Origin: Halocafeteria seosinensis
Lineage: Eukaryota
Length of the DNA: 64,000 nt
Assembly (NCBI GenBank): GCA_001687465.1
Contig: LVLI01000101.1
Location: 310,001-374,000 of the forward strand
Direction: 5' to 3'
The position numbers were made by a program, and so were the translations under genes. Of the stretch, positions 1 through 13,378 are shown piece by piece (position 1 is the first letter of the stretch; each line of letters starts with the position of its first letter). The notes below the pieces were generated by a model, which was given only the letters and a program-made list of their open reading frames with translations, was not told the origin of the DNA and did no database searches.

Positions 1-2423
1 ACAGGCACCAATGGTTCGGAACTTACTGAGATTCTACAGGAAATTGTTTCTATCCTCAGCCCACATTCAAAGCACGGGCCAGGGGAAGATGAAAACTCGA
101 GTGATTCAGATGCCGTAAAGTTTGCGAAACAATATGCCCAAGAAGCCGCAGAGCAGATCACTGAGTTGCAGGTATATCTTTCATCTCATAGATATTCTGA
201 GTAACCTATTTTATATTTTTTCTTGTGTCGCTTTCCTCGCAGCGCAACCTGTCTGACACGAAAGAAACGCTTACAGAGACGAAGGAGTGGTATCAAGCGG
301 AGATGAAAAGGACTATGGATAGTGCTTCTGGAGAGAAACAAAAGCTGCAACAGGAACGAGATAGCTTACAAGAGCAGTTAGTGAGTACTTTGTTTGACGG
401 CCAGTTTCTAGTCATTCTTTACCTTGGTTTTTGTGAAATGCAGAATGCCTTGGAAAACGACAGAAAGAAAGTGGAGCAGCTGGAAGAGCAAGTGCGCCAG
501 TTCAGGAACCAAGAAAAGGATCTGAAAGAGGATATACAGAATCTAAAGAAGAGGTGCAACAATTTGGATACCACCAACGAAAGCATGCGCAAACAACTGG
601 AGGAGAAAGAACAGCAATTGAAAACGTACCAGGAGAGATCGGATGAGGAGAACACGGCGTCCAAGAAAAATGAGGACCTAAACAAGAAAATCCAGCACCA
701 GCGAAAACTGCTGCGACAACAGCAGGGAATGATAAAGTCACTCCAAAAGGAATTATCCCTTATCAATGAGCCGCCTGTCTTATATGACATGCTTCTAGAG
801 ATTAGACTTCCCAGTTTGGAGAGTGCCAGAAACAGCGAATACTGGGAATCGTGGGGATACATACTTGAAGTGCGTTCTATGGATAAAGCGAAGAGAAGGG
901 AACAAAGTGGAAATGCCCTGGATACTTTGGAAGAACAGAGTACGGACGCCTCGGTTGCGTCGCATACTTCGAAGTGTAGATGGGTGCCATTTTCTGAGCT
1001 ACTGCGGTGGGATCCGGCACTGTGTGCTAATACAAAATGGAGAAGTAGACTCAAGCAGGACCGTGAGCGTCTTGGGATCGCGGCTTCTTCGTCGACTGTT
1101 TCTTCTGAAGACTATGACAGAGGGGTCTCAGAGCTTTCTTCTGCACGATCGGAGCTGCTAACGTTTTTGAAGCAATACTCAGCTTCAGATACCAAACAGC
1201 TTACGCATGTCCTGTCGAAATTAGGGTTAACTGATTCTGAATCTAGGGAGATCCCAGAGACCGTAGGAAAGCTTTTAGAAGGCACCAATGAAGCCATTTT
1301 TTGTGCCCTTTTGGATTCGGCCACTACAGGGTCAAACGATAACCAAAAGTCTAAAGTCTCTAGTGTCAATTCCCTGCTACAGATGCTGTTGACGTCTATT
1401 TACGATTCGGCTCACGGTCAAGCATCAGGGCATTTGGAACAAGAGTTGTCCAAAGTAAGAGACGAACTAGACCAACAAAAGGAAGAGAATACGCAGTTAC
1501 GGCACCAAAACGAAGAATTGAGGGAAGACTTTAAGAAGCATAAACTACGAGCCAAGAAAGCTGTGCACTATGAACGGAAGAAGTCAAGAAGCAATGAGCA
1601 AAAAGAATCGCAGGAACGCCACGAAGAAGAAATGGAACACAGCAGATTGTTAGAAGAGGTAGAAAATTTGAAATCGGAGGTGGAAGACTTACAAAACAAG
1701 AACTCTCAGTTGAGAGAAGAAAACAGCTACTTGAAAAAGTCGAAAGATGAGCTGCATTCGGATTTCTCCTTGTTGGAGAAGGACTACGAGAGTCTCCAAA
1801 GAAGTTTAGCTCAGATGCAAAATCGCTCCTCTGGACAACATGATACAGAAAAACTTCTGAAAGACAAGGATTCGGAAATAGAGAAATTGGAGCAAATGTT
1901 AGATACTCAAAGAGAACGTCTAAAATCAGTTCAGGAGGAATTGAGGGAGAGCCGACGCAAGTTGTTGGAATCGCAAAGCAAGGTTGCTCAGTTAAAATCT
2001 GAAAATTCATCACTACGTCAGGACATTCATTTTGAAAAACAGAAGAACACAAACCAGTCAGATGAAAGCGAGAAGCAGGCTGACAACATCAAACGGATCG
2101 ATGAGCTCCTCGAGGAATGCCAAAGCAAAAACGAAGAGATCACTTCGCTACGTAAGGCTCTCGATGAAGCTTACCAGAGTGAAAAGTGTGCGAGACAGTA
2201 TAGTTCTTCTGCCGCTGGCGAGGATGGCTTGGTTAACATCCAGTACATGCGGAACATCGTTTACAACTTTATCACCACTCCTGGCGAAAGCGAGAAGAAA
2301 AAGATGATCCCAGCCCTAGCAGCCCTTCTCGGCTTAACCGAAGAACAGAAAAATTCCATCGAAGCCGCTATTGAGAGCGGCAATCAAGGGTTTCTTGGAT
2401 CCATTTGGTCTTCTGTCATGTGA
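1..2423 (+). CDS. GRIP-domain golgin (long coiled coil), 5'-partial, spliced
   Basis: Heptad-rich coiled coil ending in a GRIP-like motif (NIQYMRNIVYNFIT...KKKMIPALAALLGLTEEQK). GT-AG introns at 172-242 and 381-443. Confidence 0.85.
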
Positions 2424-2864
2424 CCACGGGTCCAACTGAATCTGACTCGAACTCTGTCGAATGCACGCGCCGCTCCCTGCGGAATGCGTCCACTTCATAT
2501 GGGTCATCTGATTTCGTTCCCCACTTTCCGCAAGCGCCCACTCCCACTCCCTAGGGTAGACGTGTTTGATGTACTAGGGTTGACATTCTGTAGGTCTATT
2601 GCTCCCAATATACTTAAACACAGGAGACATTTCCCACCATTTGTGCCGTTTAAGCTTGTGTCAATAGAGGTAAGCACAGCATCGAGACGCGTTTTTCGTT
2701 GAAGTTTGTGTCTGTTCACCTCCTATACCCCAATGGGATCCGCGAAAGAGCTGAAAGCTTGTCGGCACTTTCTAGTCATAGTTATGTCTCCTTGGAGATA
2801 CTTGTTTGGTGGGCTATACTGCTGTCCCATTACAGTGCTTTATTAACTCCGCAGTTTCCCTGAA

Positions 2865-5800
2865 ATGGCAACTCCGACCAACACCTTCCAGGATGAACAC
2901 CATCATGGCAATGACGGAGCCAAGGCTCCTCATGAAAATGGATCTGCCATGAATGGTCGAAATGGGAACGGTAACGTCAATGGGAACACCGAGGAAAATG
3001 GGAAAATTGGAAGTGACACCACCGACACGTCAAAGTTTGGTCGCTTGGACTCATCCACTATTAAATTAGAACACGGCTACGAGACGCTGTTGCGAGAGCA
3101 ACGGCAAAGGATGCCAAAACTTCCCGATATACCTGTAAGGTGCAGCGAAGAATGGATTTAGCGTTACTTGAGAAGACGGAACAGCGAAATGGTAGTCCTT
3201 TGCAGGTATCCTTTAAGAATTTGACCCACACAGTTGAAATTCCTATAGAAGAACATGGCATTCCCAACATTTTCAAATCAGCAGTCAACACTTTTAAGTG
3301 GCTTTTGCCAACCACTTGGTGGTCAGCGATTCAGGCCGCCAGGAAGAAGGATCACGTGTACCCGTTTTACACGATCTCGAACTGTACTGGTACGCTGCAT
3401 CCCGGAACCATGACATTGTTAGTCGCACCTCCAGGTCAGTTCCTCACTAGTGGTACAACACGGTGGCAGCCATATATGGAACTGTGGTAGCCATGTGTTT
3501 GTTTCAGGTCATGGAAAATCAACTTTTCTGCGAGCGTTGGCCGGTCGTCTTGACAGTTCGCAGATGGAAGGAGAGGTACGTTGAACGCCCAATACAAGAG
3601 TGAGTGCTCAATGCACGAGGACTCTTCTCTCTGTACAGGTTTACTACGATGGGAAAAAAAGGGAAGAGCTAACTGCGACTTTGGAAAAACTAGTTGCTCA
3701 CGTTGATCAAGTTGATCTTCATCTGCCATTTCTTACCGTGCGCGAGACCCTCCAATTTGCATTAGACTCATCAGTAGTGGTAAGAACTCAAACACAGCTA
3801 TGAACTTTGCCGTACATTGCCATAGAAGTAACTAATCTGCTGCAGAGTGAGGAAGAGGTGAAATCTGCGGGACTCGACGAAGCAATCCGCCGACGTGTGG
3901 ACACTTTCCTGAAGCTTCTTGGCCTGGAAGAATGCGCGGACACACTGGTGGGCAACGAAATTGTGAAAGGGGTATCCGGAGGTCAGAAAAAACGTGTAAC
4001 GATCGGTGAAATGCTCATCACAAACGCCCGTGTCTTTCTCTTAGATGAGGTGAGAGCCTTAAGGAACTTGAACGGAGTGTAGCTTCTCTAATCCCACCTA
4101 TTCATGCAGGTAACAACTGGTTTAGATTCCGCTGTAGCTTTCGAGGTACGTTGCCCTTATACGATAACTACGTTATGGGTGAAATAACAAGCTGGTTTTT
4201 ATTTCCTACGCTATACGCAGATTATGGACTCTATCCAAAAGTGGTGCAAGGAGCTAAATGGAACAGTGCTCACTTCATTGCTACAACCACCTCCTGATGT
4301 ATGTAACACAGTGGCGGTATCTGCCTGATAACAGTTATTCATTACTCATTGGTCCGCACAGGTGTTCAACCTGTTTGACGACCTTATGTTGATGAGAGAG
4401 GGCAAGATTATCTACCATGGCAAACGCGAACGCGTATTTGAATATTTAAGCCGTCTGGGTATTGAGAAGAAGGAAGAAGAAGGTATGAACCTACGTCGGG
4501 ATAAGAATTGATCACTTGTTCCACCGAAATACGTGACTTTATTCATTCTTGCAGAAGACGCTGATTTCCTGACGAAGTTCATCACCGATCCGAACGTCAT
4601 AAAGGCAGAACGTGGTAACGGCGAGGACGGAGTAGAATGGGATACGGACTTTCTCGTCAAGAAATGGAGTGAACTTGGGGCCTCTTTTTCAACCGATGCT
4701 CCTTCTGATTCCAACGCTTCCGACGATGAAGTTACTATTGAGCGCAACGATGACCTGCTATCAAGAAGCAATTTCTTGGTGTCCCAGTACACGCACGAAT
4801 ATGCTCATAGTTTCCTGCACCTGACGAAACTTTGTGTCTTTAGGCAATTTAAATTGATGTTTCGCAATGCCCAAGTGAGTAAACGTGCTACGATCTGCTG
4901 TACTCTGAGTAGGACATACTTCTCATATTTTCGCAGTTCATCGGATCACGGCTGGGACAAGCTGCATTTATTGGACTTGTGTTGGGATCTTTGTTTTGGG
5001 ATTTGTCACTTGAGAACTTCTCTCTCAAAATGGGGGTATTAACCTTCTCAATTATTTTTCTGTCTTTTGCAAACCTCGTAAGCAAATTAGGTGAAAGTCG
5101 GCTGCCGGATGTTTTGACATACAATAGCGCTACGTGCAGGCTGAGATTCCCGTCATTATTGAGCAAAGGCAGGTTGTTCAGAAGCAAAGCACGGCCAAAT
5201 TCTACCCGTTGTCTTCCTATGCCTTCTCTGCGTTTCTTACCGCCGCTCCTATTTCAGCGGCGGAAGTTACAATACTGGGAACAATCTTGTATTGGATGAC
5301 GGGTTTAGCAGATGAAGCAGGGCGATTTTTCTTCTTCCTACTCCTCCTGTTCGCTGTGAGCATGACGCTGAGTACACTTTTTCGCGTAGTGTCTGTCGCC
5401 TCCACCAACATGGAGGTTGCGCAGTCGCAAGGTCCGTTTGCGTATTTACTGCGGCTTCATTCAAAAAACTGTTGACATGCGCACGATTTTAACATATCTG
5501 CAGGTGGCCCTGTTATCGGTGCGATGTTGCTCTTTGGAGGGTAAGTAGGCCTTCTCTTCTCGGCTGAGTTGCCGTAGGTGCTGGTAGTTCAACTTATCAT
5601 GTTTTTTGCAGCTTCTTGATCACTCGCGAGAATATTCCTATCTGGCTGCGATGGCTATATTGGTTGTCACCGTTTAGGTATAATTTACCTTCTTGTTGGT
5701 GTTAGCACACTGGGTATATTATTGTTTCCACGTGCGTGCAGCTGGTCGATCACGAGTCTAATGCAAAATGAATTGGGTGCCGAGAAGTATGATATCCCGG

Positions 5801-8112
5801 TAAGAGGGAGTAACCTGACCCTCGGTGAAGTGGGGCTTCAAAGTTTCGACGTGCCAACGGAAGATGAGTATGTGCATTGCACCTTATTCCAGAACTGGTC
5901 AGAAGCTGTCAATTGGCCGAATGAATGCAGGTTCAAATGGGGAGCAATTGGGCTACTGCTGGGATACTTCTTCTTGTTTAGCGTGGTGATGACGCTAATC
6001 CTGAAATACAAAATTTTCGACTCAAACATCGGCTCCACCAGAATCTCTGGGAGCGAAGGAGCCAAACTTACCAATGCCGCCGATGATAGCCCGTCAAAGT
6101 CTTCCAGCATGCCGTTCACGCCACTGACATTGGCATTCAAGGATATTAAGTACGATGTGCAGCTTCCTTCGAAGGAATGGAAACGTTTGCTGCGCGGTAT
6201 CTCTGGTGTAGCACGACCAGGGAAGTTGACAGCACTAATGGGCGTTTCTGGTAGCGGGAAGACAACATTGATGGATGTTCTTCTTGGCAGGAAAACTGCG
6301 GGAAATTCTGAAGGGGAAATATTTGTCAATGGCTATCGAAAAAATGAAAAGTATTTCCGTCGCACGACGGGCTACGTAGAGCAGTTTGATTATCACATGC
6401 CACACTGCACCGTTGCGGAGAGTTTGCTCTACGCTGCGGAACTTCGTCTTCCCCCGTCGGTCGGTGTAGAAGAGCGATCCGAATTTGTTGAAGAAGTTCT
6501 TCACCTAATGGAACTAAATACAATTCGTGACAATCTCGTTGGTATGCCAGGCGAGATGGACGGGGGCCTATCGCCCGGAGAGAGAAAGCGTCTAACCATT
6601 GCTGTGGAGCTGGTGGCAAACCCCTCGATCATTTTTCTTGACGAGCCGACCACCGGTTTGGATTCTCGTGCGGCAATATCGGTGATGCGTGTAATCAAGC
6701 GAATAGTCAATACGGGCCGCACTGTTGTATGCACTGTTCATCAGCCTTCTTATCAGTTGTTTTCACTTTTCGACGAAATTGTTCTGCTTCAGCGTGGAGG
6801 TTACCAAGTGTATGCGGGCTCACTAGGTGAACAAGGAAAAGATATGATTGAACATTTTACATCTGCGGGCATTAGAAAACCCTCTCCAGATGTTAATCCC
6901 GCTGATTGGGTACTAGGAGTATTGCTTCAGAACACGTTGACAAATGAAACCGGAGAAGAAGTGGTCGATGAAGAAAAGCCCTCGTCTTTGGTAGATTTTG
7001 CATCCGTGTATGCTAATTCTGAATTGAAGTGTAAAACAGATGAAGATGTTCAGGCAAACTCTGAGGTCTCAGGAACAGATCCTTTCAAGGATTTCACCAG
7101 CCCGTATCCCCAAGGATATTCAGCTCAGTTTTCTGTGGTACTCAGGCGAACGTTTCTTAACTACTGGAGGAATGTCTCGTACAACTGGGTTCGGACGTTT
7201 GTATTGGCTGTAAACGCTCTGCTGTTTGGTGTTCTCTTCTATGACATAGAAAGTGATGCCACGGATGTAGCCGGCGTACTGAGTGCGATAAGCTTAATTT
7301 TCCTTGCTGTCGGCTTTCTTAGCGTGAACAATTATTCCACTATCTTACCGGTTCTGTCCAAAGAGCGGGCGATATATTACCGGGAGAGATCGAGCAATAT
7401 GTACGCTTCGTGGATATATTCTCTTGTGCTGACCATTGTTGAAATCCCTTTTGCTGGCTTCCTCGTCGTAACTTTCATGTGCATCTACTACTTCATGGTA
7501 AGTGTTGTAACGGTTTTCTGCATTGGTTAAACTGGTCTATTTATGTTGTTCGACCAAACAGGGAGGATTAAGTACCGATGCCGGAATATTCTTCCACTAT
7601 CTTCTCGTTCATTTTATCAGCACTATGGCTCTCATATATCTTGGAATGTTTTTCTCCGCGGCGTTCCCTGACGTGGAAACTGCCCAGATTTTTGGATCAG
7701 TATTGTAAGTACGACTAGCTACCTCCTACTACAGGTGAATGATTTGTGACGGTTTTCATTATTGTATGCGCACAGTATTACCATGTTTTTCCTTTTTGGA
7801 GGTGTATTCATCTCGAAGCCCGAAATTCCAGACGGGTGGATCTGGTTCTACTATATTAACCCTGTTGCTTACGCCACAAATGTTATGGGATCGCTACAAT
7901 TCTACTGTGAAGGGCCAGATTGCCCTACGGTAGAGGTTGTAGATCCTGATCAAGGGATGCAAACGATGGATAGGTATGCGTTCGTAAAGGACGAATACGG
8001 ATTTGAGTATGACAGACGTTGGGAATTCACGGGGTACCTAGTGATTATGATGGTGGCGATCCGGGCCGTTGGGATGTTATCCCTGCGATACATCAACCAC
8101 ATGAAGCGGTAA
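2865..8112 (+). CDS. Full-size ABCG/PDR-type ABC transporter (NBD-TMD-NBD-TMD), multi-exon
   Basis: NBD1: APPGHGKSTFL, LTVRETLQFA, VSGGQKKRVTIGE, LLDE. NBD2: MGVSGSGKTTLMDVL, LSPGERKRLTIAVELVANPSIIFLDEPTTGLD. Two ABC2 membrane domains (ERAIYYRE). C-terminal INHMKR. Many short introns join the ORF fragments. Confidence 0.96.
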
Positions 8113-8392
8113 TTCATCCGTTGCGCTATAGACAGTTGTATTTATATCTCTATTTTATTTGACTTTTTGACCAGTTTGTCATAATTACGTTAATATGGCA
8201 GCTCACGTTTGTTCATGTGGTGCCACCTTCAGTTGTGGTCATTACGAAGTATGGCTTATGAGGGTGGCTTCGTTAGTTTGTAGCGATTGGCGCTTCCGTA
8301 TACATAGTGGTTGTGCCTTGTATTTTCGTATCGTAAACAATATATACTCCCAAGTCCTACTCTACGGAGAATCGGCTACTTGAGTACACGGA

Positions 8393-8488
8393 GTGTAGCT
8401 AATTCGTGACTTCCACGGCCAACATGGAGTGCTGTGCCCAGTGTAGGTAATCCGTGACTTCCACAGCCAACATCGAGTGCTGTGCCCA
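8393..8488. repeat. Tandem direct repeat, 2 x 48 bp
   Basis: gtgtagctaattcgtgacttccacggccaacatggagtgctgtgccca is followed directly by gtgtaggtaatccgtgacttccacagccaacatcgagtgctgtgccca (4 mismatches). Confidence 0.9.
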
Positions 8489-8760
8489 GAAACAAATACA
8501 CAGGCGATCAAGACCATACCACTATTCGCCTTTTCTCGTTTGCGGTCATGCATCGCATGATATACCTTGCCTGCTGTTCCGGGTGCGTCAACCCGAGCCC
8601 CATGTGACGTCACTGCCTTCAAGCTCCACCCCTCTAGGGCACAGTGCCACAATGATAGCGCCCATATCAGGATTGTGTGCACATATGGTTTCAGACGAGG
8701 ATCCTTTCCGTACCCTTGGGAACTTAAGATAGGCAGGCATCCCCATGAATACGCCATAGA

Positions 8761-11700
8761 ATGAGAGAAAGAGCTGCTCTGAGGGCGCCTCTCACGGGGC
8801 TGAGATACATTATATTGGGGTGTATTATCGCTTGTACAGAGATTGCTCAAGGCTCACCCCTTGCACCAGAGTTATCTGCAACTGATGACGCCCAAGATGA
8901 TCCCGGGAATACAGATGATGACAATGGGGGAGGAGGGAAAAAGAAATCGAGCAGTGGAAGTCCTGACCAAGATGACAGTGAGGTGACAATGGATGGCTTC
9001 CTGTCCTCTCTCTACGTCAATATTGTCATTTTCGTGCTCCTCATGACTCTGCTGACGATGCTGAGGCGGTGGATGCCCGAGTTCTTCCAGCCTCGAATGT
9101 ACTCTGTGGACGACAAAGGAACCGTATTTCGACTCTCAAGTTCCCAAAAAAACAGTGATAGATATGAGAGCAGTTTGAATCGCTCAAACGCAGCTACCAA
9201 CGTGATGTAGGTAGTGCAGGTCATTGGAGTATTTTGGCGTCACTCGCTCGACTCTCGTTTTGGAATTGACCATGCAGTGCGCGAAATGACGGACAGGGAC
9301 CACCCCCGATTCCTGAGAAATGGTGTGGATTTTATTGGATGTACTTTATCTGGAAAATCCCACTGAGCACTGTGTTGAACAAAGTGTACGTACACAAGAT
9401 TGAAACTATCACTCTTTTTTCCCAAGCAGATAAATAAGCCCTTAATTGTCGTATTTGTGTCATCTGGAACAGTGGTGTGGATGCGTATATATTCCTGCGG
9501 TTTGTGCAAAAGGCAGGTCAACTATTCGGAATTGTCTGCACAATACTGGGTAAGCAAAGCATTTGATCACGATAACAGATAAACTGAGGCTCCAATGGAA
9601 ATGCTGTGCGGGCCCTTTGTTACAGGATGTGGAATCATTCTTCCCATCAATGTTATCTTCGGAGAAGCCCATGAAGAGGAGTTCGAAAAACTGTCGCTAT
9701 CAAACATTGCGGAAGGTCAGCGTATCCTTTGGGTACATGCAATCAGTGTTTGGGTGTTTACTTTCGCGGTATTCGCTATTTTGCTGGAATTGGGGAGAGA
9801 ATTCGCGGTGCTGCGTCACAGGTACCTAAGGTACAATATGTACCATCGCACTACAGATAACAAAAGGCGGAACTCTACGTCTGACGGAAAGAAAAGACGA
9901 AAGTCTGCAGACGAAGGCACATCTAAACAAACTGGCATTACATCGTCCCTTGGTGGGGTCCGGATGTCTGCGCGGACAGGGAACCACGTGTCCCGATCCG
10001 AAGGGCTAGCCCACGAAAGGCCCTCCCATCTTACACAACTGTCAAGAAAATTACCACCGTGGGTAAAAGAAGAAGATGAGTCTCTCGAAGCGCCCTTCAT
10101 ACGGAACCCTCGTCCGTATTCTATAATGGTCGAAAACCTCCCTTCGTGGGTGAATTGTGACGCACAACTTTACTTCTTCTTCGATTACCTTTTCCCCGGT
10201 GAAGTATACTGTGCCTCTCTTGTGTCGTTTGCGGACAAAGCAGATGCTTTGTTCGAGGAACGCAACACCGTGCTACGCTCACTAGAGCAGACAGAGCATT
10301 TGGAGAAGAAGGCAGGCGACAAGAAAATTGAACCTGCCTTCAAGAGAAACGTATCTACATCGGAAGAAACAAAAGGTAAGCATGGCAAAAGGAGTGATTA
10401 ATTCCGTTCTTCTAGGAGGCAATTGTAAGTGTTTGGTTCGCTTGTCTTGTGGCTATGCAGACAGTGATACAGTTGCTCTTCGCGTGAAAGGACCTCGTGG
10501 CGAAGGAGAGACAGCGAGAGAAAAGAGCTCGATTACTATGGTCTTATGTCCCCCGGGAACGCAGTGGTTTATCGATTGGTTTTGTTGTGGCCCCTTTTAC
10601 CCTACTCTCTGTTGTGGTTGTTATAAGAGAATTTGCAGATGCTGCGATGACCAAGGGAGGCATGAGGAAGAAGCATTGGAACTACTTGGAGATGAATTTG
10701 AAAAAGATGATGACAGCAGTGAAGACGAAGGGGAAACCAGCTATCGTCCAAAGGGTAGGTCAAAGGAGTCGGGTATCTTGTCGCGGCGCCAGCAAGGCTG
10801 CTGTCACCAAGCAAATCGTGTTCGAGCAATGCTATATTTGGAGCGATCTTTAAGAGTAACTACGCAGAAGCTTGAACGATATAGACAAAGAGCATGGAAA
10901 CAAGTTCGCAGACGCATAAGCGAAGAGTTTGAAGCGTCCATGGAGGATGAAACTTCTTCAGGAGCAGTTTCAAGTGAAGGCGTTTTTGCATCTCCCCGTA
11001 CCTCCGATGATGACCTCGAGAGAGATAGTGAAATGCCAGTTCGTCGTAGTAGACGAAGATCGGTGACTCCTGATCAAAAGCGGGAGAAGAAACCTTCAGC
11101 AGGAAATGGGTTCGGTAGTAAAATCACTCAAGCCGGCAAGAACGTATATGACAGGGTGGCGTTTACGACTGAGGTTCTTACAGGGATTGAATGGAGGAAC
11201 AAGCTCACTGAAGGCGACGACTCGCGAGGGTTCCGTCCTTCCTCTACGGGATTCGTCACGTTTCGCACCATGACAGCAGTCTCCGAAGCGGTACGCATGA
11301 CTCTTGTTCCAGAACGAGCTGTGTTTGACCCTGCACTTGCACCGGAGTCCAAGGCGGAAAGCCATATCAAAGATTGGACAGATAATGAAGCTATCCAACT
11401 CGCGAAGTCCGTGACATCGCATATTTTTTCTCCTTTGCAAGCTTTAGGAGAAGTAGTGGATATTGGGAGGCATCGCAGTGTTGAAGCACGCCGCGCTCCC
11501 GGACCGGAAGATGTAAGCTTTGTACCTGTTGTGTGCGTGTGTGTGATTGTCCAGTATCTCACCAGTGTTCGGGTTATGCAGATACACTGGTCGCACGTTA
11601 CTGTAAAAGAGCAGCTGAGGCAATCCCGTCAATGGACCACATTCTGGCTCACTATTCTTTTGCAGTTCTTATACACGGTTTTCGTGTCGGCGGTCTCCTC

Positions 11701-12949
11701 CCTGGTAACACTAGAGAATCTAACGAAACTCTGGCCCGCTCTTGGGGAGTTTGCTGAGCAGCATCCGTTTGTCCGGGGACTGATCAGTGGGTTTTTGCCT
11801 ACGCTGATCATCGAGAGTATACTTGCTTTGGTGCCATTTCTTATGGAATGGTTTGGATACCTGGAGTATATGCCAACCTACTCGCAAATTGCCATTTCCG
11901 CTTCGTGCAAGTATTTCATGTTTAAGGCATGGCAACTTATGTTCGTCTTTTTGATTTCGGGGACAGTGATCGATACATTCGAGTTTATCCTCCATGATCC
12001 TCAGAGAATTGTCACGATGCTTGGGAAGTCATTGCCTAGTTTATCTGCCTTTTACATTAACTTGTTGATGCTTCGAACGCTTTCAATGCTTCCATTACTG
12101 ATGCTACGGCCGTTTTGGGTCATACTGCACTATCTCCAATTTCGCCCGAGTTTGTTGAGCTCGCCGCGTTACATCTCTCCTGTAGATGAGACCCAAAAAG
12201 AAGACAGTGGTACCGCCCCAATGCTGCAAGCACCACGTAATGCCGCAGCTGCTCCAGCGGAACAAACTCTTCAAGAAAAAGGGGGAAACAAGAGATCAAA
12301 GCGTACTTGGCAACTCTGGGACATGACAAGGCGAGAATATTGGGAAAATATCCTTTTATGTGGTGGAGATTTTTACTACATTTACCATTTTACAAATGCA
12401 TTGATTGCTTTTTTAATGGGAATCACATACTCATCCATCAACCCGATCATTGCCCCCGTGGCCGCTTGTTTCTTCTGGCATGCGAGCTTCGCTTGGAAGT
12501 ACATGATTCTCTATGTACATCACAAATCGTGGGAAACTGGAGGTCTAATATGGCCCAAAATGGCTCGGCGAGTGAACGTGTCGCTTGTTGTTTATCAACT
12601 GACAATGATGGGAATACTTGGTCTCAAGCAGAGTCCAAGCACTGCGGCTGTTTTCCCTCTTCTGTTCATTACGTGGTTCTTTGATAGATTCCTACAGAAG
12701 TGGCTTGAGAAACCTGCAATGTCTTTATCGAAAGAGGAATGCCGCCAGATTGACGATTCCTATCCCTCAAGTTGGTGCGCTGGTATGACGGAACCTGTGT
12801 TTCGATCGTTGAAAGAATTAAAGGAGACACCCATGCCAGATAAAGCACGAAGAATGTGTTCTAATTCAGCGTATGTTCGTCCTAGCTTGGACCCCAACAA
12901 CGACTGGAGTGCCCATTCCATTTCGACGAAGAACGTGCTCTATTACTGA
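8761..12949 (+). CDS. OSCA/TMEM63 (CSC1/DUF221) mechano/osmosensitive cation channel, paralog 1
   Basis: Signal-peptide-like N-terminus, TM0 followed by FFQPR, GVDAYIFLRF, ILPIN, LWVH, YSIMVENLP, GFVTF, APGPEDIHW, ITYSSINPII, ETGGLIWP. Five GT-AG introns. Confidence 0.93.
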
Positions 12950-13378
12950 ATTTTACCAGTGGCACTTCGATGACATAAGAATTTCGATCACCCACTATCG
13001 AATGTACTGCAATCATCGAATTCTATGCATACTCGTACCACTCGTACTTGACTACCATTACGTAACCTCCAGACAGTATCTTGAACTCGTCAGTGGNGGT
13101 AGTTGTTTTATCGACGCGGGTCCTTTGACATTTTACCGTACCATCCAGGCAAAAACGTCGTTCGTGGTTCTTCACCGACTGACGCCTCCTGTGGCGTCAG
13201 AGGCTCGTGGAACGTGGAATCGGCGATATCGTAGGTTGTACAACCCTGAAGTTGAAGTTGTCCACTACCACGTCACAGTTGTTCTTCGTTCTTGTCCGGG
13301 TCTTTTAGGGTGTATTCGACTGCATTTGTCGGTTCAAACCCGTGAGAAACACTATTCAACGTGAACGGAGCAACAGGA

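Noticed and set aside
3161..5720. Fragmented ABCG ORFs as a pseudogene or alternative genetic code
   Set aside because: The breaks examined coincide with GT-AG introns that restore the frame. The standard code suffices.
8393..8488. Possible CRISPR array
   Set aside because: Only two abutting units with no spacers, no cas genes and a eukaryotic context.
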